DNA of 60,324 bases, filler included, from Sphacelaria rigidula (GCA_964200075.2; 8 parts of 8 records of this genome joined end to end with filler, not necessarily neighbours in it); one strand, 5' to 3'; counted from the whole stretch's first letter, positions 25,571 to 37,667 are shown. Notes: generated by a model not told the origin, from the letters alone. Translations and numbers: made by a program.

Positions 25571-26210
25571 GCAAGTATCTCTAACATGCAGGCGTCAGCT
25601 ACGAGTCTTTTAGTTTCTTCAGAGGTACGATCATCACTGAAAGTTGACGTGCATTGCTTGTGACTCTAAAACGATGCACGTTAGCCCATGTTGTTTGGGT
25701 AATTTGTTGGCAAATCGTACGGGGGTTGTTACGCTCGCCAAGAAGCGATCAAAAGCAACGGCGAAAACACCCGCCTCAAGGCGGATGTGGAACCGAGCAG
25801 CCAGCACCCACCACAAAACCTAGACGAGTAAGTTTGATGGTGCAAGAACTTGAGGAAAAACACTCGTGGCTCAATTTAAACAATCAATACGAAGGGCCTG
25901 TTATCCGAGCACTGCACCCGCGCACATTTTGTCTTCTTATTATGCATGGTACATCGATCGATTATCCACGGCCCACAAGATCAATCTGAGTACGCGTGAC
26001 TCATGCGTCTTGTAGGGCTTAGAACGAAAAACAAAACGCGTGCCTCTCCTAGTCTCACCTGTCCCTGCTCTACTGTTCTCGCATACATGCCCTATTTATC
26101 AGACCTCGTTACCCTTGGGGGGAGATTCGTTCGTTACAGTGCAGACAAATGACGAACTTTCTCCGCCCTTCTTCTATTGTCCACCCTTGGAATGTCGTCT
26201 GTCCGCTCAG

Positions 26211-26405
26211 GCACACGATCGACATGAATCAACAGGGCTCACCGAGTCTACGCGATCTCTAGCCCCACCCCCAACCCCCGACGGCGAGACGTGGGGTGTG
26301 GAGTCCGCCTGTTCCTCGGCGGTTTCTGTTTTTTCAGCAAGTACATCAAGAGCCCGAAGCTCGGCTGAACGTGTCGAGTCCGACAATATTCACGATGGTG
26401 TTTAA
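26211..26405 (+). CDS. Putative terminal exon of the same unknown gene (AHDRHESTG...DNIHDGV*)
   Basis: Pyrimidine tract + ctcag| acceptor, phase 0, open to TAA. Confidence 0.45.
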   Translation, partial: AHDRHESTGLTESTRSLAPPPTPDGETWGVESACSSAVSVFSASTSRARSSAERVESDNIHDGV

Positions 26406-28673
26406 GGCGTGTTAATAGTGAGGCAATGGCTACGAACGCTGTAATGATTTCTGCAGTTGCCATCCACGTATAGCCTACGGAAACACAAAATAACTGCAAT
26501 CCATGTTCCTGTGGCTACATATATGCATTATATATATAGCAGTGATAACAAAGAATGACGTGTAGAAGAAGATACTCCGCAGACCCTATCCTTTGCATGC
26601 TACGCACTGTGTGAGACAAATGTGGCAGTCACGCATCGTCGGTGACCAACTCAGCTATGTAGGATATGTGCAGTTCAGTGTTAAGTGAAGTGAAGCCACA
26701 GAATCGGGCTATATTCCGAGCCAAGATCATAAGCATCACCTCTTCAGTAGAGATTACGAAAATTGAACGGTAAGTGTCATAGTTGAATGAATACTTGGTT
26801 TCAGTGTAGACGATTAATGTCGGATTTTTCGGAGGTTGGCAGTCCTAGGTGCCCGCTAGCGTGCATGGGGGGCGCTTTTTGCTCAATAGGCGCCGACTTG
26901 AGCTCTGCAAACGCACACTTGCTCAGGACACCATATGCGTCCCTCCTGCCTGAAGGCTTTCTGTATCTTCGCCTTCTACCGCCTACTGGCATTTTCGTTC
27001 TAGGGTCGTTCTATGCAAGTTGAGTTAACACCAGTTTCATGCCATCAAGCGATGATTGATGTCACGTTGTTTTTAGTGTAGGCCATCATCTTCGAATCTT
27101 CACCGGTCACACAGTCTCCGCCGTTGCCAAGCTTGCTCGCAGCGTGCGCAGCACGCGTTTCGCCTGAAATCGCCGCCTGAGGCCGCGATTAGAGTCGAAA
27201 TGAACCACATATTGCCTAAGGAATAATATCAACCCCCTTACTGTAGGGTTCTCGGTCTGCCTCGGGTTGAGGTTAGCGTTAGGGTTGGCGTACATGGTCT
27301 GACAAAAACAAAATATCAAAGGCATGTCGGGTAGGGTATGTTATCTTGTGCACCTGTGGACAATACCGGGGTATTTACTCCACCCAAGTTCCGGTTATTA
27401 TTCTACCCGAGTTCTGGTTAAATTGGGCACGATCTCGATACTTCACCCAGAAATTAGGTAGAGTTGAGTATGATCTCAGTAGTCTACCCGATCTCAGTAG
27501 TCTACCCCAACATCAGGAAAGTAAGCTCAGCGATACCCGGGCATAAAGTATCACTTACGTATAACCACAATACTCTACAGGACCCACATTTTCCGGTCAA
27601 GTTAGGTATAATTTCAATACTCTTCCCCAATTTATGAATAAGTAATGTCAACAATACCCGGATATTGTATCACTTGGATATGATCACCGTAATACTAACC
27701 GCTGGTAACGTGGCGTCAGCTCACAGACCACCTTGCCTGTGAGGACGAATGATGACCACCAGTAACACAAAATGATTAGTTTCATCACCTCCCAAAACAA
27801 TAACTCAGAATTGTGCAAGGGTCGGACGAATAATGATTCGCCTTGAAAGCACTCGCTTTCAGAGTCATTAGCTTGTACCATACGAACCAACCCTTGGGCT
27901 TTGCTTTCAGCATTACACACCAGGCACGTGGAATAGCGCCAAATTTGCGTAGAGACGTTTTTGACACGCCGTTGATGTTGCGTCTCTCTTTCGAGCACTC
28001 ATGCCCGAGGAATCGTAGATTTGATGATTGGTGCCAGCCGCGACTCGTCCGGCCCTTGGAATTGTGTCCAGATTTCAGTTTTCAGCTCAGAGTGCTCACC
28101 ACCTTTTGGCATCTGATTCCTCGATGGGGGATACAGCGTCGGAAGCGATAGTGATAGTTATAGAAATACCACGATCGCCAGGGGGAACAGCAGCAGACGC
28201 CGACAACCCAACGGCACACAAGGTTTGGGTACTTTGGGTATGATCCCGATCCTCTACCCAAACTATTGGTAAGTGATCCTAGCACTGCCCGGGCATTTAC
28301 TCTACTCAAGTTTCAGGTATATGTGGTAAGATCTCAGTGCTTCACCCAAAATTCGGGTAGAGGTGCTTATTTCTCCACCTGAACATTGAGTAGAGGCGGG
28401 TACGATCTCAATACTCTACTCAAATGTTGGGTAATTTGTGGGTGATCTCAATACTTAGCCGAACATCTCAGCAATAACCAAGTATAGAGGATCATTCGGG
28501 TCTTGTTTCAATACCCCACCCAAAATTTGGGTAGAGATGGGTACCGTTTCAACCCTCTATCCACATATTGGGTGATTTGGTTATGATCTCAATACTTTAC
28601 CCAAACATTGTGAAAGTAATCTCAGCAGTACCCAGGTATAGAATATCATCTCGGTATCGCTTCAACACTATAA

Positions 28674-29327
28674 ACAGCCGATCATCAAAATTGAGGATGG
28701 AGCTCTTCATTGAGGATAGACTGAAATCTTCGTATCCACACCAAAGCTTCGAATAATGGTTACAATCCTTCACTTCCTGGTAGCTATTAACAAGTACTAC
28801 ACGTCATAAAAAATTGGATTCGATAGCCGAAATATTGGGGTCCCAGATAAAATCGGAATCACCAAAATTCCCCGAAATTAGTTTTTCACCTAGGACCCCA
28901 ACATTTCGGTTATCGAATCCAACTTTTTATGGCGTGTAGCACTTGTCAATAGCTACCAGTAGGTGAAGGATTAGAACCATATTTCGAAGATTTAGTGTGG
29001 ATATGACTAATGCCGAGATAGCCCCTCCACAAAAAGTGCACCGGAGACCGTCCAACAAACCGGCTGCGATCCCACTATTGGGCTCGTTTGCAGCAATTTT
29101 GCCCCCATGAGAGGCGTGTAGCAGCCTGAAATCAGCTCTAACGCCCGAATGAGTCGCGTCGTGCAGCACGAAACCAGCTCTAGCGGGATTTATGATCATC
29201 GCCTCCGTGCGCTTTTTTGGCCGGTTCGGGGGGGGGGCTATCTCGGCAGCAGTCATATGACGATTTCAACCCCCCGGGTTTTCATCCTCAGTGAAAAGCT
29301 CCATTGTCAATTTCGATTATCGGCTGT
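28674..29327. mobile_element. Palindromic MITE, same family as 35175-35600
   Basis: Ends acagccgat / atcggctgt; long internal inverted arms; sequence matches the contig 5 copy. Confidence 0.75.
29005..29254. mobile_element. 250-bp MITE with 4-bp ATAT TSD (Sola1-like by TSD)
   Basis: TIR gactaatgccgagatagcccc / ggggctatctcggcagcagtc; removal restores gtggatatgacgattt as seen in the 35175-35600 copy. Confidence 0.75.
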
Positions 29328-29612
29328 TCATGCCCAAACTTTTGGCAGGGTTGGGTACTACTCAGATATTGGGTGATTTGGGTACAAATTCAAGTCCCTG
29401 CCCAATTGCTTCAGTACTGAAAGTATGGCTTTCAAGAATACCCGAATATAGGGTATATATTACCTACACGACTTACCCTTTCAAAGTATGTTTCGACGTT
29501 GCTCAATGGTGTCGACTTGGGGTAAACTCACTCCTTCCAAATGATGTGGAGAAACGTCATTTTCTTCCGGTAGTTTCCGATCCTGACCACTTTCCATAAC
29601 GGCTTTCCGATT

Positions 29613-29643
<31 letters not shown>

Positions 29644-30114
29644 GGAAGCTTGGGCGACTTCATCCCCATCGTGATGAACATTTTCGTTTCCGGTTGGAAA
29701 ATGTACAACGCCCCACCAGCCCCGTATGCACTACAAACGCAATGACTGCCCTGCACCATGCATACCATCTTGCTGTTCTCCGGGGTGATCATATCGGTGT
29801 TGGGCGCCACGGCGTTATTGTGACACGTTTGATGGGATGAAGGTACCCCAATTTTTTTTGTCACGACACAGTCATTTTCTCTGTTTTTCCAGTCGGAAAT
29901 GAGAAGGCCGTTGAGAACGGGCCTTCTAGGCCGTGTCTTATTGAAAAAAAAGTGAGAATGGGATTGTGAGGATTAGAAAGAGACTAACAGTGGATCCTAG
30001 AAAATGAGATTTATACAAAGTATGGGATTGAAGTGGCATTTTTCTTTTGCAGGGAAGACGCGAAACACTTCCGACCGAGCGAAGCCATCTCCTCCCCAAA
30101 AGTGCGGAGCAGTT

Positions 30115-30214
30115 NNNNNNNNNNNNNNNNNNNNNNNNNNNNNNNNNNNNNNNNNNNNTTAATTAATTAANNNNNNNNNNNNNNNNNNNNNNNNNNNNNN
30201 NNNNNNNNNNNNNN
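30115..30214. other. Artificial contig linker
   Basis: Same 100-bp spacer. Confidence 0.97.
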
Positions 30215-30453
30215 TTCAGTTTAGTTTTTTGGTCTTTTTTTTTTTTCCTCGGGTGCCCTGTTTTTTTTTTGACCCCCAACATATTTTTTGTCCCCCCTTG
30301 TTTTATTCCGAAGTTTGAGATTTTTCGGGGCCCCGAAAGTTAGTTACCTACCCACCAACTGGCCCTCTCCTCCTAAATATTGATTGGTTGCATCGGCACC
30401 CATGCAGGTAAGGAGGTACATAGGCTGCCCGGCGCGCCCCTTTCAGCCAACTA

Positions 30454-31950
30454 CAGGCTTGGTCACGGGAAAAACAAAACAAAACACTCATCGGCAAAAC
30501 TTCACGCCGGTGTAAGGAGTCAGACTCTGAAATTTTGCACAGGTGTTCTATGGGTCATTACGCAACTTTCCAAGGTCGAGTTTGTTTTGGACTTTTTCAC
30601 TTTTCCCCCCGTTTTCCCGGGGTCCCTGTTTATTCGGGGAAACTTTGATCGGGTTGGACCCCCGTAAAACGGTAAAATATAGAAAATAAAAATGCTCGTC
30701 CATCTACAGTTGCGTAACGACCCAAAGCACAGTTGTGCAAAATTTCAGGGTCTATTTCTTTAAAACGGCGTGAAGTTTTCCGCGTTTGTGCGATGAACCT
30801 TGCCGTGCCACGGTGAAACGGCAAACTACTAGATTTTAGAATTAAAATGGCGTTTTTGGGCTTTGTTCGACGTGGAAACATGAAAATTCAAGCACCAGTT
30901 AATCGAGTTTGGCCACGAAACTTCGCGGGGTTCTGTCTTGGATTTTGCGGCGACAGATCGTTTGCGAAAGAAAATGAAAAAAAATATCGTAGTGCCGGTT
31001 TCCCGGGGTCCCAAAATGGACGACTTCGAAAAAACGACTTGGATCCCGTCGGACCTCCGAAAATTGGTAAAAAATTCAAGAATTAGAAAAACGTCGTTGA
31101 TCGAAACTTGCGTAATGATTCACAGCACATTTGTGCAAAGTTTCAGGATCTAATTCTTGACAAATGCGTGAAAATTTGCGCGTTTGTGCGAGGATGTGGA
31201 CCTGAAACGTCCAAACTCCTAACTACTTGGTTTGAGTATGAAGAAAATCTTTGAGGGTGAATTTCACGCCAAGGCAGGAAAAATTGTATGACATTTTTGA
31301 GTTTTTCCACCGAACTTCATACATGTGTTCCTTGGACCATCCCGGGACGCATCATCTTATTATTTTTCCTTTTGATTCATTCTGTATCGCCTTCCGGGGA
31401 TCTTTGTACTGGGACCGCCGGAAGCCGGTAGAGAACGGAGAAACTTTTAACCGTTAAGAACACAATTTTTCCATTTGGAGCATCAATACCTATCGAACTG
31501 CCAAGTTTGAGGATGATCTGAGCTTTTCCACTACAGATATAAGGGGAAATCTTCACGAGGCTCCCTGAGTCTTTCCTGCGTATCATGAGTGGAAATTAGA
31601 CGACGCCAAACTCCACATCCCCGCAACATTACGGTTACGGGTATAATTCGACCCCGTCGGAACCGTTTTCAAACCCGTTTCTCCCGTTAGATTCTCGGGG
31701 TGATGACGGTCACTGCGATTTGACGCATTTGGAGATTCGGTGGAAACTGGGCTAGGAACTCATATTTTCAATTTCGGAACTGTTTGAAAGGTGCTGATTG
31801 GTCGAGACACGTTTTCGTCCATAGCGCCACCGCTACAGCCTTGAACAAAAATTCGGCCATGTCACCCTCTTCGTCCGTTCATTGCGGTCAGTATGATACC
31901 ATGTATGCGACTATTGGGTGCGCGTATCGCAGAAGGCATTTGCTGATGAC

Positions 31951-31982
<32 letters not shown>

Positions 31983-32005
31983 TTTTTTTCCCGTGAACCA
32001 GCCTG
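30454..32005. mobile_element. Non-autonomous DNA transposon with TA TSD (Tc1/mariner-like)
   Basis: ta|caggcttggtcacgggaaaaa ... tttttcccgtgaaccagcctg|ta; internal homology to 1823-2871. Confidence 0.72.
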
Positions 32006-33251
32006 TAGGGCTTCTGTATTTTGCCGCAGTACTCACATATGTCACTGCTGCTTTGTATTTTGGGCGTCGATAAAGATGGTTCTGACAGCGGGTAGGATGT
32101 GACCCCGCATACATGTACAAAAAAAATAATAGGGAACAGAAAAAGCTCCCCGAGGAAGGAAGTGGGCTTGAAAAAAAAAAGAAGCTCTCCTCCGACAACA
32201 ACCGCCCCTCAGAGCTGGCTCCAAGAAGTGAGAATGGGCCTTTAGGGCCAAAGCCTGCGGAGCAACGGTTTTGTCGTCGTCATCGATGCTCTTCAGTATT
32301 GCAAATTTTCCCTTCAAGTGATGCTACCTTAGGGTTGTGTGTGTATGTGTGGTTGCGTTTAGTGGCATTTTCGACCCCTGCCGTCCCTCGAGCGAAGTCC
32401 GTGGTCTGGAGGAGGTCAACCGATGTCGCCCCGGGTGTAGCGCGCGCCTTGCAAATGAGTATCCCGGATTGGATCATGACCAACACTCCCACTCCGCGTC
32501 GACTATTGTAAAAAAAATCTTTGCGCAATTACTCATCTCACGTTTTCATCGAAAAACCCAAATGAGTAATTGACTCACGAAAAAAAGGGGTTCATGGGTT
32601 TGTTACGCGGCCTCAAACGCTCGTTGTGTACGTTGCATCCGCACATATGGCTGCAAACGTTGTTGAACGGTGTAATGAATGAATGTCGGTGTTAATACCA
32701 GAGGGCACTCGAATGTTTTTTTTTCGCCACTTGTTCCTCTTCCTTGCAAGAAAATAGACTCGGTACGGTAGTTTTTTGTTCTTCATTTTTTTTAAATGCC
32801 CTTTAATAATATGATATTATAATATAATATTTTTCAAATTCATGTGTACGTATGCATTTTTTTTGTCTTTTATTCGTTGTCCATGTCTTATACATTCTTA
32901 TTTTCCTTCTCTACTTGTGTTGCTCCGCCCTTGAGCAGTTACAACACATAAGTGTTGGTATATGCAAAACGTTTTTTTTTTTTTTTTTTCTCTAAGTGTT
33001 TATATTAGGTTTTTCACTTTACACCAGATTCACACTCTGACTAATTTATGGTTCCGCCTGTGTAGTGTTTCCTTCTTTTGCTGTTGTCCGAGGAAGGAGA
33101 GATGTTGAAAGTATGACGAATATATAAAGGTGTATGTACGTACAAAGCTGATCGCCTCGGTGGCTCAGTTGGAAACCTCGAAACCTTCCACACCCTAGAC
33201 GATACAAAATGTTTCCAATACATATCAGTCGATCATATTGGAATTTTGCGA

Positions 33252-33537
33252 TATATTGCCGGTGTAATATATATTGGTACCCTTAGACTGCACATGTATT
33301 GCGCGCCCAATATATATTGATGTCGTGGGACTGCATACATATTGTCCGCCCAATATATGTTGGTACTATTGGGTTGAACACGTATTGTCCCATCAATATA
33401 TATTGGGGCAGCGTGGGCGACAACATATTGCACGACCAATATATATATATTAGGGTCGCATTGATGAGAACATATTGACCGGTCAATATATATTGGGGCA
33501 GCGTGGTGACAATGTATTGGCTGGTCAATATGTATTA
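33252..33537. repeat. Array 1: 7 units, period ~43 bp, YRTATTG-N6-CAATATATATTG-N17/18
   Basis: 12-mer starts at 33265, 33308, 33351, 33394, 33437, 33484, 33526. Confidence 0.9.
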
Positions 33538-34451
33538 GATATTGTAAGTATCGTGTACGCTCTAGGAGAAATCCAGACGTGATGGATGCCGGAGCCCGTG
33601 CAGATTGGGAAAAACTTTAAAGGGAGCCGCAGAAGTTCGCGTGCATTACTGCGGAAAGTTGTCGAATGCGTTTGATATATATATATATATACTGCTGAGA
33701 AAATATGGTGACAAAAGAGGCGACTCGGTATGTATGCCTCCTGATACCTATCTGGTCACCGGTGCGGGGCCGCCCATCCCCTTTCCAGCATGTAATATAA
33801 ATATCTTGGCTAAACACCACGACGACAGAAAACGCGGGTCGATATGCGCCTTTTGGTACCCCTGTGATCACCGGGGCTGTGTTGCTTATACCCTGGACAA
33901 TATAGTATGTTCCAATATGATACCAATACTTTGTATTGGAGTCGGCGAAAATATTGTCCTTTCAATATATATATATATTGTGTTGAGATGTCCTCGGAGA
34001 TATTGAAGCAACAACACATATTGCTCGTGTCATGATCATGAAGTAATGTATGTCACTATATATTGGACATGCAGTTGCTCCGAGAATAAAACATTCAATA
34101 TACATCGTGCATGCCGGCCGTGTATGTATTGAAGTGTCAATATATATTGAGTCAAGGCGATGCGTAGCATATTGTTACCATAATATATGTCGAACGCAAA
34201 CCATGCACAAGTATCGTTTTTCCAATACATGTTGCGCACGCTGATCGGATAGCTATCGTGCAGCCAATATTTATTGAACACGCTTGCGGAGGAATACATC
34301 GAGCATTTTCGGCATGTAAAATACGTCTTTGAATGGCGCGCGCGAACAAAGAACTGCCCACAATACTAATTCCAATACACTTTCCAATCTATATGTTGAA
34401 CATCAATATATTTTGCTACATCAACATGTATTGTGACCGTCGGTTCCCTCG

Positions 34452-34816
34452 TGTATTGTCCACCCAATATATATATTGGACGCATTGACGCACGACATAT
34501 TGGGGCGGCGATATATATTGGCGCTTCGGGTGTCGAGTATATTGAATCGTCAAAATATATCGACCTCGGCTGGCAGCAAATATATTACTCGATAAATATA
34601 TATTGGTGCCTTCTCGCACCAATATATTGCTCGGCCAATATATATTGAGGTGGCGCGTGTCGTGATATATTGTTCGGTCGATATATATTGCGTGTCGCGA
34701 GCCTTGATATATTGATGGCACAATATATATTTACCCTCTCTCGTGTCATCATATTGCTCGCCCAATATATATTGACCACCCGACGCCTCGATATATTGAG
34801 CGGGCAATATATATTA
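34452..34816. repeat. Array 2: 9 units, period 42-43 bp, same bipartite motif with variable spacers
   Basis: 12-mer starts at 34465, 34509, 34551, 34594, 34636, 34679, 34721, 34763, 34805. Confidence 0.9.
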
Positions 34817-35174
34817 CATATTGTACTGTCCAGGGTGTGAAACCTTCAGACGATTGGGGACGCGGGGTCGAATCTCGGTGGAGTCATACGACCTGTTTTT
34901 TTTTTCTGTCGTATATTATGCCCAACGATGGAGAGCTACTATGTAATGTAATGGGTACACAAAATTCAACTTCACGGTCGACGAGGGAACGGGACCGCTG
35001 AACCCTCATCACGATCAAAAGAAAGGCAAGCAACGTAGAAGGAAGGTGGAGTGCTAAAACAAAAGGGGAGAGGAAAAAAAAGATCTGTGCTGACCTTATT
35101 CGTGTGTGTCCCCAGCTGATGCGCCCACATTCCTATATACCGGAAGTTGTAGACTTACGCCCAGAATAGATGAC

Positions 35175-35600
35175 ACGGGATTTTACGAATTGGGGATGGG
35201 TTTTTTATCGGGGACGAGAACCCGGTGACTTGAAATCTTCATATCCACACCAAATATTCGAAATATGGTTCCGTTTCTTCACTTGCTGGTAGCTATTGAC
35301 AAGTACTACGCGCCATGCAAATATGGAGTTCAATAACCGAAATGTTGGGGTCCTAGGTGAAGAAGAAATCTTCGGGTCCGTTCGGATCACGGAAATTCCC
35401 AAAAAATGTTTTTTTCACTCAGGACCCCAACATTTCGGCTTTCGAACTCCACATTTGCATGGCGTGGAGTAGTTATCAATATCTACCAGCACGTGAAGAA
35501 ATGGAACCATATTTCGAAAACTTGGTGTGGATATGACGATTTTAATTCTCCGGGTTCTCATCCCCAACAAAAAGTCCATCCCCAATTTATGAAATCCTGT
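35175..35600. mobile_element. Palindromic MITE (~425 bp) with 7-8 bp TSD tagatga(c/g)
   Basis: Ends acgggattttacgaattggggatgg / ccatccccaatttatgaaatcctgt; ~190-bp inverted arms. Confidence 0.8.
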
Positions 35601-36442
35601 TAGATGAGATGGCAATACACACATACACACATTTTTTATACAGTATGTCCTTTTCTCGACAGGTTCCCTCCTGTTCAATCTGTGCATCCCCATTTTTTTT
35701 TCTTTTTTTTTGTTTCGGCCATTTTTTTCCTTTGCCAAGTCACTTCAGCTTACTTTTTTTCTCGCGCCCCGTTCAAATCGCCATTTCACTCTTTATTTCA
35801 AGATTCCTCGTCGTCAACGATTTTCGCTCGCCGCAAGCGCTTGGCGGTAAGCGTCATTTTACAAGTTTTGGTGGCGTGTAAATCGTCCACCATCGGGTGT
35901 AGCATCGCGGCTGCGCGTGCGCCAAGGTGCATGAAAGGAGCAGTCGGAGGTGTCCATTTTTCAAAGTGGAAATGATTTTTTTTATCGCGATGCCAGTAAG
36001 TAGTACGACTTTCCAAAAAAAAGAAGAGATAAAAACGTGTGCGCAAGAAAATATGCGAAGGTACATCAAGGGTGTCAGCGTAAGAGTTGCGGCTAGTAAA
36101 ACTGGCGACCAAGGACAACGCATGGTGGCGACAGCATGCCCCCGAAGAGTAGTATGGCCGGCGAGTGTACCGCGTGTGCCGCAAGATGTGTCCAGGTAAC
36201 TGCGTTGAAGCGATGACGAAATGTGGTCGTCATATCGAGAGATGAGAGTACTGGCACCACGTTCAATCATTGAGGGTACAGCGCTTCGTCTCAGATTTGA
36301 GAGTGCTTTCTGATCAATTGCGTCGAATGAAACCGTCAGAAACAATAAATCGGGAAATCGGGAAATCGGGGAACTACCACCATGGAAGGCTCTTCAACCT
36401 CACTCTGCTGCTTATTTTCTTGGCTCGCTCATCGTCCGTCAG

Positions 36443-36570
36443 GCGGCGAGCAACTATCACGCGGCTTGCCGCAAGCACCGACAGCAGAAGCTACAAGAGG
36501 CGGCAGAGGCTGCCGCGGACGAGCACCCCAGGACTATTCAGGGGGTCCGCAGGGAGCGGGATCGTGAAAG
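36443..36570 (+). CDS. Putative isolated exon of an unknown gene (AASNYHAACRKHRQQKLQEAAEAAADEHPRTIQGVRRERDRE)
   Basis: Pyrimidine tract + tcag| acceptor, aag|gtgtgt donor, GC-rich; two frames are open, so the frame is uncertain. Confidence 0.45.
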
Positions 36571-36957
36571 GTGTGTGTGCCCCTCGCGTAGCAGGTGGAC
36601 GGTGTCGTCTCGAAGGAATGGATCCCTCGCCGTGTTCTAGACGGCGGTATATGTATGTGTGTATATATTTACTGCATAGCGGCGGGGCCGCGCACGAATT
36701 CTGCTGGGAGCCCCCGTCCGACTTCGAACTCATCCGATTACTTTCCCGTCATTCAAACATAATTTTTGTGGTGTGGGTTTTTGTTGAAACCGTCTCATCA
36801 GGCGTTTGGTCCAGACTCACCGTGGGAAGATGGAATATTCCCCGGGGAAGTAGGTTTGAGCAATCATGTCTCCTGCAACTGTAGGTGGGCGATCACAGCC
36901 GAGGTTTACAGGCTGGACCGCCCAGGAAGCCACCAGGAATGTTGAAAATGTTGAAAC

Positions 36958-37243
36958 GCATTTTCTTCGCTCAATTTTGGATCGTGTTCGATGAAATTTT
37001 GACACGATGTACAGGACGTACGTGCGAACACCTCATCTTCCATCCCCTGTTTTTGTTTTTCTTTCTTCGTGAGTTATTGGCGATTTTGTTCCGTAAAAAC
37101 TGTTCTGAAATGTCACTTCGCCAAAAACTCACGGAGAAGAGGAAACAAAAACAGGGGATGGAGGGTGAGGTGTTCGCACATACGTCCTGTACATCGTGTC
37201 AAAATTTCATCGAACACGATCCAAAATTGAGCGAAGAAAATGC
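36958..37243. mobile_element. Palindromic MITE-like unit (~285 bp)
   Basis: ~120-bp near-perfect inverted arms starting gcattttcttcgctcaattttggatcgtgttcgatgaaattttgacacgatg. Confidence 0.8.
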
Positions 37244-37310
37244 ATCATTCCGTCGACAAGCGGTTTCCATAGTATATGGAGGTGGACCAGTTACGAATAA
37301 TTCAAACGCA

Positions 37311-37591
37311 ATTCCCGCGCTCAATTTTGGATCGTTTTCGATGAAATTTTGACACGATGCACACAGGACGTATGTGCAAATACCGAACCTTTCCTCCTAT
37401 GTTTTTTTGTTCTTCTGCGTGAATTATTGGCGATTTTGTTCCGGAAAAATGTTCTGAAATGTTCCGTCGCCAATAATATATCGAATAAAAGAAAAAAAAA
37501 CACACGGGAGGAAGGAAGGGGTGTTTGCACATACTTCCTGCACATGATGTCAAAATTTCATCGAAAACGACTGAGTATTGAGCTCGGGAAT
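37311..37591. mobile_element. Second, more diverged copy of the same palindromic unit
   Basis: Matches 36958-37243. Confidence 0.75.
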
Positions 37592-37667
37592 CGTGCCACA
37601 GCTTGTGCGGCACCACGCGGCACAAAACTGACTGTAACCGTAAATCCAATCTCAGCCGTTTTCTTTT

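Larger units (their letters stand above)
27318..29480. mobile_element. Old TIR element with ~38-bp tandem subrepeats (gatctcaatactctacccaaa..ttgggta)
   Basis: Degenerate inverted ends aaaggcatgtcgggtagg / cctacacgacttacccttt; repeat arrays at 27370-27680, 28240-28665 and 29330-29420. Confidence 0.5.
33189..34839. mobile_element. 1651-bp non-autonomous TIR element with 8-bp TSD AAACCTTC and phased internal arrays
   Basis: Left TIR cacaccctagacgatacaaaatgt vs right TIR (reverse complement) cacaccctggacagtacaatatgt, 20/24 match; TSD at 33181-33188 and 34840-34847. Confidence 0.88.
33148..35115 (+). mobile_element. tRNA-derived SINE split by the 33189-34839 insertion (33148-33188 + 34848-35115)
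   Basis: The rejoined halves align collinearly with the intact copy at 41461-41766 (minus). Confidence 0.8.

Noticed and set aside
33252-34816. CRISPR array
   Set aside because: Repeats are short, bipartite and AT-rich, spacers are only 6 and 17-18 nt, there are no cas genes, and it lies inside a eukaryotic TIR element with a TSD
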